From Acidilobaceae archaeon (GTDB taxonomy: Archaea > Thermoproteota > Thermoprotei_A > Sulfolobales > Acidilobaceae), in contig JAWBBK010000003.1 of NCBI GenBank assembly GCA_038824665.1, positions 44,021 to 108,020 on the forward strand: 64,000 bases of DNA, in the 5' to 3' direction. The notes beneath the pieces are model-generated. The model was not told where the DNA came from. It searched no databases and saw only the letters and a program-made list of their open reading frames with translations. The position numbers and the translations under genes were made by a program. Shown here one piece after another: positions 1 to 9,520 of the stretch; the stretch's first letter is position 1, and each line of letters begins with the position of its first letter.

Positions 1-117
1 CCAGATGGCTGTGCTCTTTCCTTACAAAACAAGAACCTCACGAAGTTGCCCTTTAGGCTATGGCTTCAGCTCAACTTTTTTGTTTTTTGTTGAGTTTTTA
101 TAGATGGAAGATCGAAT

Positions 118-858
118 TTGAGACTGACTGAAAGAGAAGACATCGAGTTAGCTGTTGTAAAGTTGTTAGGAAACGAAGTTCGATGTCGCAGATTGAGCCT
201 CTTGGGAAGCACGTTCTTTTGTGAAGGTCGTAGAGGCTCTCTAGTAGCTAAAGTTTACGATGAGTTCTCTACATTAAAATGGGTCTCTGTCGTTCCTTTC
301 TCGAGACCTGCTATAGCTTTCAGAGTCTCCTCTTACGAAAGACTTGTCTCTGAACTGGTTTACTCTGTAAAACTGAGAAAGCTCATCAAAACTTTCAAAG
401 TCTTCGGAGTAGCTAAGATCTCAGGAGTTTACGTTCTTTTGAGAGAATACGTGCAAGGAGAGACCTTGTTTAAAATCAAAGATCCTAAAGCTTGGAGACT
501 CTTAGGAAGAAGGCTTGCAGAAATTCATTTAGAAAACATAGCGTTAGGTGACTCAAATCCTGGAAACTTTGTCGTCTCAAATAACGAGATAGCTGTAGTA
601 GACCTAGAACAAGCTAGAAACATAGAGGAAGGTCTAGCGGCTTGGGATTTGGTTACTCTCTTAGTACATGGACATTTGAGAGGAGTAAGCACTTCTCTAC
701 TTGTAGAGGCTCTGAAAGGCTATGGAGAGAACGAAGAGGCACGTCGCAGAATTACAAGAGAACTCTCAAACCTCGCTGTATGGACTCCTTACTTGCTAGT
801 GGCACAACCATTAGCTCCTTTCGCTTTTTCAGCTTTCAAGAAGGCTGGCTACCTCTAG
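118..858 (+). CDS. RIO/Bud32-like atypical protein kinase-fold protein
   Basis: VAKVY lysine, LLREYVQG hinge, IH..LGDSNPGNF catalytic loop, VVDLEQA metal-binding motif. Confidence 0.6.
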   Translation: MRLTEREDIELAVVKLLGNEVRCRRLSLLGSTFFCEGRRGSLVAKVYDEFSTLKWVSVVPFSRPAIAFRVSSYERLVSELVYSVKLRKLIKTFKVFGVAKISGVYVLLREYVQGETLFKIKDPKAWRLLGRRLAEIHLENIALGDSNPGNFVVSNNEIAVVDLEQARNIEEGLAAWDLVTLLVHGHLRGVSTSLLVEALKGYGENEEARRRITRELSNLAVWTPYLLVAQPLAPFAFSAFKKAGYL

Positions 859-881
859 CTCAAGAGATGTTCTAGTAGCTG

Positions 882-1298
882 GTGAAGAGATTGCCTATGA
901 TCGTGTTGGAAAAAGGTCTCTCAGCTTCCAAAGCTAGATTTGATGATTATAAGGAAGCAGTATACATCTTGACACAGCTCATAGAGCCAGGAAGGGTCGT
1001 CACGTATGGATGTCTCGCTAGAGCTTTAGGGGTGAGTCCTAGACTCGTCGGTAGAGTTCTCGCGATTAACGAAAACATAGTAGTTGTCCCCTGTCATAGA
1101 GTAGTTGGAAAGAAGAACCTAGGAGGCTTCAGTTTAGGACTGAGCTTTAAAGAAAAACTTCTAGCTATAGAAGGGCTGAAGAGTTCTGAAGACCTGAGGA
1201 GAGCCCTCATAGATTGTAGAGATATAGAAGAGCTGTTGTCTAAAGCGGGGGGCCGTCTCGTCTTTTCTTTTGAGTTAAGTGAAGAGTCTGAAGGTTAG
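882..1298 (+). CDS. ogt: Methylated-DNA--protein-cysteine methyltransferase (MGMT family)
   Basis: GRVVTYG HTH, PRLVGR, active-site VPCHRVV. Confidence 0.85.
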   Translation: MKRLPMIVLEKGLSASKARFDDYKEAVYILTQLIEPGRVVTYGCLARALGVSPRLVGRVLAINENIVVVPCHRVVGKKNLGGFSLGLSFKEKLLAIEGLKSSEDLRRALIDCRDIEELLSKAGGRLVFSFELSEESEG

Positions 1299-2482
1299 AG
1301 TGCTCCAAACCTCCTAGCCCAGTCTTCATATCTTTTGAGCGATTCTTGGTCTACACTGGGCTTTCTTCTAGCTATGACCTCTATGAAGTCCTTCATAGAT
1401 ATAGGTCTTGGCTCTTCGGTTCCGCCTTTCTGGAAGAACTCTCTCACAGTTCTCATGTGAGCGTCTACCACAACGTCTCTTATGTCGCTTCCTGAATATC
1501 CTTCAAGCATGTCGACCAGTTCCTCTAAGCTGACGTCGTTAGCTAGCTTCAGGTTGTTGGTCAACATCTTAAGCAACTCTAAACGTGCCTTTCTATCGGG
1601 TAACGGAACGTATATCCTTTTCTGGAATCTTCGGAGAAACGCTTCGTCGAGTTCCCAAGGCTTGTTGGTAGCGCCTATCACATAAACGTGGAGCTTCTGT
1701 TTTTTATCGAGAACTCCGTCCATCTCCTTCAAGAACTGGTTTCTTACTCTGACTTCTCCTCCTACCTCGACTTCGTGAACTCCTAGCAATGCGTCTACTT
1801 CATCGATAAATATCGTTACAGGAACTCCTTGCTTCGATCTCTCTCTAGCGTAAGTGAATATCTTTCTCACGTTCTTTTCTCCTTCGCCTAGCCATTTACT
1901 CATGACGCTAGCTGCGTCTACGTAAAGGAATTCAGCTCCTACTTCGTTTGCTGCAGCCGCTCCTAACATGGTCTTACCTGTGCCAGGAGGACCGAACAAC
2001 AAGATACCTCGAGGCCAGCCTAGCGGGAAGAGGTCTGGTCTCTTTACGGGATACACTATGGCTTCTCTTATAGCCTCTTTAGCGTGCTCTAAGCCTGCGA
2101 TATCGTTAAAGGTCACGTTCGGTCTGTCTCTGATTATGAACGGAGGCAATAACTTCTCTAAATCATCTTGGGAAGTAGACTCTTTCTTATTGCCTTCATT
2201 AGTTATCTCTACATAGTACTCCTCATCCTCTCCGCCGCTTGAGACCTTTAGCTTGTTCTTCTTTTCTAGTTCCTCTAGCTTCTTCTTGTACTGGATGAGA
2301 AGCCTCTTGTATATAGGAGTTAAGGGATGATCAGGATAGTGTCTCGTTATCTCTTCTAGGACCTCGATGGCTCTTCTTAAGTTAATAAAAGCCGTAGAGT
2401 AGTCTCCGTCGGACTCAGCTTTAGCGGCAGCTAGAGCATACCTTCTAGCTGCTCCCTCCAAGTAGGCTAGAGAATGAGACAA
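1295..2482 (-). CDS. cdvC: Cell division AAA+ ATPase CdvC (Vps4 homologue)
   Basis: N-terminal MIT-like helices, FPLGWPRGILLFGPPGTGKT Walker A, FIDEVD Walker B, ATNKPW..DEAFLRRF; directly downstream of an ESCRT-III-like gene. Confidence 0.92.
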   Translation of the reverse strand: MSHSLAYLEGAARRYALAAAKAESDGDYSTAFINLRRAIEVLEEITRHYPDHPLTPIYKRLLIQYKKKLEELEKKNKLKVSSGGEDEEYYVEITNEGNKKESTSQDDLEKLLPPFIIRDRPNVTFNDIAGLEHAKEAIREAIVYPVKRPDLFPLGWPRGILLFGPPGTGKTMLGAAAANEVGAEFLYVDAASVMSKWLGEGEKNVRKIFTYARERSKQGVPVTIFIDEVDALLGVHEVEVGGEVRVRNQFLKEMDGVLDKKQKLHVYVIGATNKPWELDEAFLRRFQKRIYVPLPDRKARLELLKMLTNNLKLANDVSLEELVDMLEGYSGSDIRDVVVDAHMRTVREFFQKGGTEEPRPISMKDFIEVIARRKPSVDQESLKRYEDWARRFGAL

Positions 2483-2520
2483 GAGGAGACCCTCCTGGCC
2501 CCCCGCTTCGTTCTTCTTTT

Positions 2521-3291
2521 TTAGACTGTAGACTCAGCTGATGCTTCAGTTATTCTGTGTATCTTGACTAAGCCTTTGGCTTCGAGAGACTCTAAAGCTC
2601 TCTTAACGGCTTCTGGAGACATATTTAGGTCTCTCGCAGCAACGCTTAAGCTTATCCTACCTCCTCTAGTTCTCACGTACTCGAGCAAACTCTTTTCGAT
2701 ATCTTCTTGACTCTGAGTCTGAACTCTTATCCCGAGTTCTGCTAGAGCGTAAGCTATCTCTTGTCTGGCCTCCGGGTCTATCTCGACTTTAGCTGTAGGC
2801 ATGTTGTTAGCTAGAACGCCTACTTCTCTTATCAGACTCTCAGCTGACACCATTACGTTAGATAGTCTACTTACGAGCTCAGGGCTGATTAAGGCTAGAT
2901 AGCTGTTAGTAGCTCTAAGCCAGTAGTCAAGCGGAGCTATGCTCTTAATGAGAGCTTCTATGCTTCTAGCGTCTCTTACTCTTTGAATAGCTATACCTAA
3001 GAGCTTGCTGTAAGCCGTTAGAGCCGTTAAGACTTTTTTCTTTAGAACTATCTCTGCCGCTATCATCTCAGCTGTATCGGTATCGTTGGTTCTCAGAGCT
3101 GTCTGCATCTTATCGTAATAACTCGTTATCTCGTTCGTTAACTGGTCTCTAGCGCGGTCTACCTCAAGCTTCGCTAGCTCGAGTCTAGCCGTTATTTCAT
3201 CGAAGTCTATGTTCTCTACTCCGGGGTCAGCGTCTGTTCTATGCCTAGGACCTAGACCTCCTATGAAGTTTCTAATTATACTCAAGACCAC
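2521..3291 (-). CDS. cdvB: ESCRT-III cell division protein CdvB with C-terminal winged helix
   Basis: Long helical Snf7-like core, DPEARQ motif, C-terminal wH (LLEYVRTRGGRISLSVAARDL..LEAKGLVKI); co-oriented upstream of cdvC. Confidence 0.8.
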   Translation of the reverse strand: MVLSIIRNFIGGLGPRHRTDADPGVENIDFDEITARLELAKLEVDRARDQLTNEITSYYDKMQTALRTNDTDTAEMIAAEIVLKKKVLTALTAYSKLLGIAIQRVRDARSIEALIKSIAPLDYWLRATNSYLALISPELVSRLSNVMVSAESLIREVGVLANNMPTAKVEIDPEARQEIAYALAELGIRVQTQSQEDIEKSLLEYVRTRGGRISLSVAARDLNMSPEAVKRALESLEAKGLVKIHRITEASAESTV

Positions 3292-3532
3292 TGTTCAAGC
3301 CACCAAAGAGTGTTAGCTTGAAAGGAGAAATTAGAGCGGGTACGGGAGATAATACTGAATGGTTGTTAGCGTCCGCTAGTTAAGGTCAGCGCTCGTTCGC
3401 TCATAGCAAGACCGTCGAGAGCTAAGTCGAGAGTTCCTCTGAGCTTGAAAACAACTTAGAAAAACTCTTACAGGAGAAACAGTCTCTGACCTCTCGATGA
3501 AGACGTTTCTTCGCCGCTCTTGAAGCTTTTCT

Positions 3533-3943
3533 TTACTCTTCTCCTCCTCTTATCCTGATTATTTTCGGTTTGTTCATTATAATCCAGTACTCTACGGTTA
3601 CGCCTGAAGAGAGCTTAGAGACTAGCTCAGGCTCGTTCACAGGCTTCTCTATCTCTAAAGTCTCGTAAGTCTCCATATCCATAATCTGAACTCTATCGCC
3701 CATGTCTGCGAGAACTTGACCTACTCTTTTCTCTATCACTGGAACTTGAACGCGAGTATCTACTGGAGCTATGAGAGTTCTCTTCTGTCCTGTGAAAACG
3801 CCTATAGCTACTACGTGAGCTTTTGCGCTTCCGTGTTTTCCTGTCTTGGCTGTGCTCATATCGACTATCTTACACGGCTCTCCATCTATCACTATAAAGC
3901 TACCTTTTTTGAGATCTCCTAAAGTAGCATAGTTGATGCTCAT
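3533..3943 (-). CDS. eif5a: Translation initiation factor 5A
   Basis: Hypusine loop [13 protein letters not shown]. Confidence 0.97.
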   Translation of the reverse strand: MSINYATLGDLKKGSFIVIDGEPCKIVDMSTAKTGKHGSAKAHVVAIGVFTGQKRTLIAPVDTRVQVPVIEKRVGQVLADMGDRVQIMDMETYETLEIEKPVNEPELVSKLSSGVTVEYWIIMNKPKIIRIRGGEE

Positions 3944-3997
3944 CTCTACTTCTCCGACTCAAAAAACCTCGGCTAGCGCTATATAGTCTTCTGCTCT

Positions 3998-4459
3998 TTA
4001 ATCGATGAGATAGACTCTTAGAGACAACACCTTGTTGTAAACTTCTTTCACGAACTCCTCTAGCTGAACTCTTGACAAACCTCTGCTTTCAGCTATTTTG
4101 AAAACCTCCTCTAACACTTTGTTGTATGACTTGAACTTCTCGTTGAGCTCTCTCCAGGGGATCCCTGAAAGAGCTCTCTCGACATTTTCGGACCTAGGCA
4201 AGAAGCCTTTAACCATTAGCGTAGCGATAATAGGATATCCTATATAGCCTCTGAACTTAGTCCCGTTGTCGTCAGAACTCGCAAAAAAGCCATCAGGGCT
4301 TGGCTTTATTAAGACCTTGTAGACTCTATCTCCAAGACTTGAAGAGACTTTAGCCTCGATTATGTCTCTCTCGTCTCTAACTAGAACTACTCTACCGTCC
4401 GCTATAGAGCCTGAAGCCTCTAAGACTTTGATCTTAGGAGGAGCCTTTAGTCTCTTCAG
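3998..4459 (-). CDS. Conserved archaeal hypothetical protein, extended beyond the ORF track
   Basis: Frame stays open upstream of the track start (4216) and reads LKRLKAPPKIKVLEASGSIADGRV..SDDNGTKFRGYIGYPIIA; the plausible start is CTG at 4459. Confidence 0.65.
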   Translation of the reverse strand: MKRLKAPPKIKVLEASGSIADGRVVLVRDERDIIEAKVSSSLGDRVYKVLIKPSPDGFFASSDDNGTKFRGYIGYPIIATLMVKGFLPRSENVERALSGIPWRELNEKFKSYNKVLEEVFKIAESRGLSRVQLEEFVKEVYNKVLSLRVYLID

Positions 4460-4509
4460 CTTGCAACCCTTTGAGATCAGAGAGTCTGAGAGGTTTTAGC
4501 GTGACCTAC

Positions 4510-5385
4510 TTAAAGAGGAGCGTTTACATCGTAAACTTTAGCTACGAGGTCTACATTTATTTTATACAGCTTCTCCTTCCATTCATCATCTAAAGCGGCT
4601 AGCTGTTGAACGAGTCTTGCCATTTCCCAAGGCTGTGTGACGGCTCCGGGTCTCTCAGGGTCGTCGAGAAAGTCGCTTTCGATCATATAGATAGGCTCTA
4701 ACTTTGAGAGAGCATACTCAAGAGGTTGACGTAATCCCACTATAGTCGAAGAGTACCCTCTTCTCCAAGCTTCAATAGCTATTCTGAGGTCTGCATGATG
4801 AAACACTATCTTGTGTTTCAAAGGCTTTAGTCTTTCTATCAGTTTGTCCGTGATCTCTACGGTATCTTCTTTAGCTTGTTCTAAGTGTAGATGGACCACT
4901 GCTCCTAAGTCTCGAGCGCGTTCTATAGCATATTCCATTATTATATGAGAAGCAAGCACTCTATCGCTGGAAGTCTTGTAGTGTTGTCTACCGACCTCTC
5001 CTATCCCGTCTAGAAGTCCTCTCTCGATGAGAGAAGCAACGTACTCTACCACTCTTACTCCGATCTCGACTGCTTTAGCTGAGCTCAGCCTGTGTCTATC
5101 TACGAGCTTATCTACTTCAGCTGGATGGAAGCCAGCGATACAAGCTATAGTGATCCCCTCTTCTTTAGCTTTTTTACACTCCTTCACATGAGCATCAACG
5201 GTTTTTATGAAAGAGTCGAGACCTCTCTCCTCAATGCCATAAGCTGAAGGAGATAGAGAGACCAAAGCTAGAAACCATCCTCCAGACTTTTTGAAAGCCT
5301 CTGCTATAGCTTTAGCTCCTAGACCTCTCGCTGGACTAGCGTGACAATGTCCATCAGCTACCGGTATCAAGAAGTCTGCCCCCAT
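4510..5385 (-). CDS. TatD-family metal-dependent hydrolase
   Basis: DGHCH, GFHP, GIGEVGR, LHLE, VFHH, ESD motifs. Confidence 0.8.
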   Translation of the reverse strand: MGADFLIPVADGHCHASPARGLGAKAIAEAFKKSGGWFLALVSLSPSAYGIEERGLDSFIKTVDAHVKECKKAKEEGITIACIAGFHPAEVDKLVDRHRLSSAKAVEIGVRVVEYVASLIERGLLDGIGEVGRQHYKTSSDRVLASHIIMEYAIERARDLGAVVHLHLEQAKEDTVEITDKLIERLKPLKHKIVFHHADLRIAIEAWRRGYSSTIVGLRQPLEYALSKLEPIYMIESDFLDDPERPGAVTQPWEMARLVQQLAALDDEWKEKLYKINVDLVAKVYDVNAPL

Positions 5386-6812
5386 TCTTTCAGCTTTTTC
5401 TCTATGACCTCTCTCACAGCTCTAGGGTCAACAGCTTTCTTCCCTATCCTCTTTATCGTAGCGCCTACTAAGTAGTTAAGAGCCTCTCTTTTACCTGAAA
5501 GGTAATCAGCTACCGCTTTCTTCTCCGCCTTCAGAGTCTCTTCTACAAAGACCTCGATGTCGACGATCTTCTCAGGTAGCAATTCCTCTATAGGCGCCAA
5601 GGGGTTCCGAGCTAGCTTGGGTAAGACTAGACCTTTGATGGTATCATAGGGGTATTCGCCTTTTTTCACCATCTCTGTCAGTTTGAGTATCGACCTCGCT
5701 GGAGGCCAGCTCGAGGGGTCATAGACGTCTTTCTCAAGCTCTTTTAACTCTCCTTTGTAGTCTACAGCTAACATTTTGGCTGTGAGAAGAGGGTCTGCGC
5801 CTCCTTCGACAGCTTCTAAGAACACTTTGAGAGAGCTCTTCACCTGAACTAAGCTCCACGCTAAGTCCTTAGAAACCCCTAGATTTAAGAGCTTAGATAA
5901 GAGCACAGCAACGCTTTTCGTCTCGACCTCTCTCTCAGCATCTTTGACCATCTCTGGCGTCAAAAGGATAGGTGGTAGGTCGGGATCGGGGAAGTACAAA
6001 TACTCTTCCTCATACTCTTTATGTCTAAGCGATATTGTGATTCCTCTAGCTGAGTCCCAGTGTCTAGTCTCTCTACTAACTGAGCCTCCTGACTCTAGTA
6101 TCTTCGTTTGTCTCATTATCTCAAACATCAAAGCCTTTTCAACATCAGCAATGCTACCTATGTTCTTGACCTCTACTCTCTCTCCATCAGCGACGCTGAC
6201 GTTAGCGTCTACTCTGAAAGCTCCCTCTAGTCTAGGGTTGGTCACACCTAAGTGTTCGAGAGTTAAGAGTAAATACTCGATAAAAGCTCTCGCATCTTTA
6301 GGACTTTCCAAATCAGGTTCTGTAACTATCTCAAGAAGAGGCACTCCGCTTCTGTTGTAATCCACATAAGATAAAGGACTTCTGGTTATGTCTTCTTCGT
6401 AAGTCGTTCTTCCGGGGTCTTCTTCGATGTTAATCCTCTTTATTCTACACCTCTTCCAAGTCCACGTAACTGGATCGAGATAATCGAGATGTCCGCCTAA
6501 ACACATAGGAACACCGCCTGCTTTCTCAAACATAGATATCTGATAGCTTTTTGGAAGATCTGGATAGAAGTAGTGTTTTCTTGTGAAAACGATCTTTTGA
6601 GGAATTCTGCAGTTCGTAGCTAACGCTGCTCTAAGCGCTAGCTCAACAACTCTTTTGTTGACCACTGGAAGAGCTCCCGGTAGACCTAGACAAACAGGAC
6701 ACACGTTAGTGTTGGGAGGCTTTCCTCTATAGTCAACGCTACAACTACAGAACAGCTTGGTCTTAGCCTCTGTCACTTGAACGTGTATCTCAAGTCCTAT
6801 CTTAACCTTCAC
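5367..6812 (-). CDS. gatB: Asp/Glu-tRNA amidotransferase subunit B
   Basis: IGLEIH, TKLFC, RKHYFYPDLPK, DYNRSGVPLLEIVTEPD. Confidence 0.97.
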   Translation of the reverse strand: MKVKIGLEIHVQVTEAKTKLFCSCSVDYRGKPPNTNVCPVCLGLPGALPVVNKRVVELALRAALATNCRIPQKIVFTRKHYFYPDLPKSYQISMFEKAGGVPMCLGGHLDYLDPVTWTWKRCRIKRINIEEDPGRTTYEEDITRSPLSYVDYNRSGVPLLEIVTEPDLESPKDARAFIEYLLLTLEHLGVTNPRLEGAFRVDANVSVADGERVEVKNIGSIADVEKALMFEIMRQTKILESGGSVSRETRHWDSARGITISLRHKEYEEEYLYFPDPDLPPILLTPEMVKDAEREVETKSVAVLLSKLLNLGVSKDLAWSLVQVKSSLKVFLEAVEGGADPLLTAKMLAVDYKGELKELEKDVYDPSSWPPARSILKLTEMVKKGEYPYDTIKGLVLPKLARNPLAPIEELLPEKIVDIEVFVEETLKAEKKAVADYLSGKREALNYLVGATIKRIGKKAVDPRAVREVIEKKLKEWGQTS

Positions 6813-8247
6813 TTGCTATCACTCCTCTGATCTTCGTGAGTTCCTCAACGAACTCTCCTAAGGATAAGAGCTTGAAGTCCTCTAAGAACCCTCCTATCCA
6901 CTGTATCCCTATGGGTAGCCCCTGGTAAAAATCTATGGGCTGAGCTAGAGCGGGAAGTCCTGAAAGGTTAGCGATCACTGTGTAGATGTCCATAGAGTAC
7001 AGCTTAAGAGGGTCTTCGATCCTCTCACCAAGCTTAGGAGGTAGGATAGGAGAGACTTGAGAGGCTATCACGCATTCTGATGTTAGCTTCAAAAGAGAGT
7101 CTCTCAAGAACCTCCTCAGCTTGGTGGCAGCCACGTAATGTTCTTCTCTATAGCCTTCGCTGAGGACGTAGACTCCCATAAGTATTCTCCTTTTGATTTC
7201 AGGTCCGAAACCTCTAGACCTAACGGACGATATGAAGCTCTCCCAAGTGTTCTTCTCTGTTTTAAGAGGATAAAGAACGCCTGTGTATCTAGCTAGATTG
7301 CTCGCAGCTTCGGCAAAAGCTATAGTGTAATAAGCAGGTAGCGCTTTAGCTAAAGAGGGTTCGCTCCTCTCTTCTATAGTAGCTCCTTCTGACTCTAGTC
7401 TTTTCAGTAGATTCCAATAAGACTTAACTAAAGGCTCGTCTGCTCCCTCCCAGAGCTCTTTTACTGCACATATCTTTAGCTTCTCGACTTTCAAAGGCTC
7501 TGTTAGAAGCTTGACGCTTCTCTTTAAAGTCGTAGAGTCTAAAGGGTCCCAGCCGCTTATCGTTTCAAGAAGAAGCGCTAAGTCTCTAGAGCTTCTAGCC
7601 ATAGGGGAAACCTGTTCGAGGCTGTTCCCATAAGGTATGACTCCATATCTGCTAACTAAACCATATGTAGGCTTTAGCCCAAAGGTTGCTGTATAAGTTG
7701 CTGGAAGTCTAGCGGAGCCTCCTGTATCGGTTCCTAGAGCTAGATCACAACCTCCATAGGCTAACGCTGCTGCGCTTCCACCACTACTGCCTCCAGGAGT
7801 TCTCTCAAGATCCCAAGGGTTTCTAGTAGGTCCAAAAGCGCTCAGCTCTGTAGTAGAGCCCATAGCGAACTCGTCCAAGTTCGTTTTGCCTATTATTATC
7901 GCGTCTTCTTCTCTCAACTTCCTAACTACTGTAGCGTCAAAAGGAGGAACGTAGAACGTCAAGATCTTTGAAGCTGCTGTTGTTGAGAAGTCCACAGTTG
8001 ATATGTTGTCTTTAACAGCTACGAGTAGTCCTGCGAGTCTGCCTAGCCTATCGCCTTTCTTCACCTTCTCCGCTATCTCTCTAGCCTTCTCTTCAGCGAG
8101 TTCTAGGTTATCTAGAGTCACGTAGGCGTTTACCTTATGCTCCCATCTCAAAATTCGCTCGTATACTTTGTAAAGGTGTTCAAGTGGGTCCAGAACTCCT
8201 TCTCGTATATCTAAAGCTATCCGCCAGGCTTCAGTTAAAATCAACAA
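6802..8247 (-). CDS. gatA: Asp/Glu-tRNA amidotransferase subunit A
   Basis: Amidase signature VKDN, GKTNLDEFAMGS, PGGSSGGSAAA, GTDTGGS; EAASNLARY. Confidence 0.96.
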   Translation of the reverse strand: MLILTEAWRIALDIREGVLDPLEHLYKVYERILRWEHKVNAYVTLDNLELAEEKAREIAEKVKKGDRLGRLAGLLVAVKDNISTVDFSTTAASKILTFYVPPFDATVVRKLREEDAIIIGKTNLDEFAMGSTTELSAFGPTRNPWDLERTPGGSSGGSAAALAYGGCDLALGTDTGGSARLPATYTATFGLKPTYGLVSRYGVIPYGNSLEQVSPMARSSRDLALLLETISGWDPLDSTTLKRSVKLLTEPLKVEKLKICAVKELWEGADEPLVKSYWNLLKRLESEGATIEERSEPSLAKALPAYYTIAFAEAASNLARYTGVLYPLKTEKNTWESFISSVRSRGFGPEIKRRILMGVYVLSEGYREEHYVAATKLRRFLRDSLLKLTSECVIASQVSPILPPKLGERIEDPLKLYSMDIYTVIANLSGLPALAQPIDFYQGLPIGIQWIGGFLEDFKLLSLGEFVEELTKIRGVIASEG

Positions 8248-8545
8248 TCCTACCGCCTCTCCACGGAGATTTTATATAGCCTCTTTCATCTACTATTGAA
8301 GAAAGCCTCCTAACGTCTACGGCTTTTTCTGGATCTTCAGCTGGTTCTCTTAAGTGTCCTATCTCCTCCCAGACGTGATAAAGAGGTTCTAACGCTAGAC
8401 TCGCAGCCTCGCTTACACCTTTAAGATATGAGGCTATCTTCTCTACATCTCTACATATCTGTTTTATCTCATTATCATTTAATTCAAGCTTCGCTATCTC
8501 AGCGAGTTTTCTCACTAAAGCTTCATCGCATCCTGTTTTGTCCAT
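8231..8545 (-). CDS. gatC: Amidotransferase subunit C
   Basis: VRKLAEIAKLEL start, LRE motif, size and position before gatA. Confidence 0.75.
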   Translation of the reverse strand: MDKTGCDEALVRKLAEIAKLELNDNEIKQICRDVEKIASYLKGVSEAASLALEPLYHVWEEIGHLREPAEDPEKAVDVRRLSSIVDERGYIKSPWRGGRIVDFN

Positions 8546-8681
8546 TTAGAAGTCCCTCTCACCACAGAAAGCTTCTTGAGGTCAGAGCTTATCGCTCCTG
8601 TTGCTCAAACTCGCTCTGAGAATTTAACTAGCTACATGTATATATCTGAGATCGGTCGTTCTTAAGGACTTGGTGTGACGC

Positions 8682-9026
8682 TTGGAGCTGAAGTGCGTTC
8701 AGGAAGCCATGAGGAAAGCTTATTACATGAAAGACTTTGAGAGAGGAGTTTATGCGACTTTTACATGGCTTGTTGAAGAGATAGGAGAGCTTGCTGAAGC
8801 CCTTCTCTCTAAAGATAAGTCCAAGATAGAGGAAGAGATAGCCGACGTGATAGCCTGGACTCTCAGTCTTGCCAACTTAGTAGATGTTGATGTAGAGAAC
8901 GCCTTTAAGAAAAAGTACTTGAAAGATGTAGAGAACGCTATGTGTGTAGATATTAGGCTCGAGTTTAACCCTGAGGTCGGGGAAAACTCTTGTCTAGCAA
9001 GAAAAAGAGAACTGGAGGACCTATGA
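8682..9026 (+). CDS. MazG-like NTP pyrophosphohydrolase
   Basis: WLVEEIGELAEA..EEEIADV (EExxE..EExxD). Confidence 0.8.
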   Translation: MELKCVQEAMRKAYYMKDFERGVYATFTWLVEEIGELAEALLSKDKSKIEEEIADVIAWTLSLANLVDVDVENAFKKKYLKDVENAMCVDIRLEFNPEVGENSCLARKRELEDL

Positions 9027-9151
9027 GCGCTGCTGGACTGATATCTTTCTATGAGGAGTTTGAAGGTAGATTTAGGCTTTCTCCTTTAGCTGTGCTTCTA
9101 TTAGCTATAGCTGTGATAGCGATAGTTGGGTCTCTCCATATATTCTTCTAA
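8990..9151 (+). CDS. secG: Preprotein translocase subunit Sec61-beta (below the ORF track cutoff)
   Basis: TTG at 8990 gives 53 aa MSSKKKRTGGPMSAAGLISFYEEFEGRFRLSPLAVLLLAIAVIAIVGSLHIFF; AGLxxFYEE..SP motif plus one C-terminal TM helix. Confidence 0.8.
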   Translation: MSSKKKRTGGPMSAAGLISFYEEFEGRFRLSPLAVLLLAIAVIAIVGSLHIFF

Positions 9152-9498
9152 CTATATGTGAGAGATCTAAGCTTTGGACTTTGACCTAAAGTTAGAACTT
9201 CCCAAACGATCTTAGCTACGTCTTCTCGATTAGCTTCTAATCTCTTATACCTCTCTGAACTTTTAGCTATCTCCAGAGCTCTGAGATGTACACAACTTCT
9301 CTCTTTGAGATGTTTGAGAAACTCGAAACAACTACAGTAAAGCCCTTCGATTATGATGTAATCGCTTGATCTCCCTATGAAAGCCCAAAGCCCGAGGTCT
9401 GGGTCAAGTAGAACAAACCTTTTTGAGAGTCCTAACATCTTGACTCTATCGTTTGAGCCTTTTGGAGGAGAGCTTTCAGAACTCATAATTGGGCTCAC
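9148..9498 (-). CDS. SWIM zinc-finger protein
   Basis: YCSCFEF..SCVHL (CxC..CxH). Confidence 0.6.
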   Translation of the reverse strand: MSPIMSSESSPPKGSNDRVKMLGLSKRFVLLDPDLGLWAFIGRSSDYIIIEGLYCSCFEFLKHLKERSCVHLRALEIAKSSERYKRLEANREDVAKIVWEVLTLGQSPKLRSLTYS

Positions 9499-9520
9499 AC
9501 TTTTTAACTGGGGGGTTAAC

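Noticed and set aside
1-41. Possible minus-strand gene start (GTG at 41) running off the window
   Set aside because: Only 13 codons are visible, too little to support a call.
3470-3525. CTGA..ATGAAGA as D'/C' boxes
   Set aside because: No good terminal C and D boxes.
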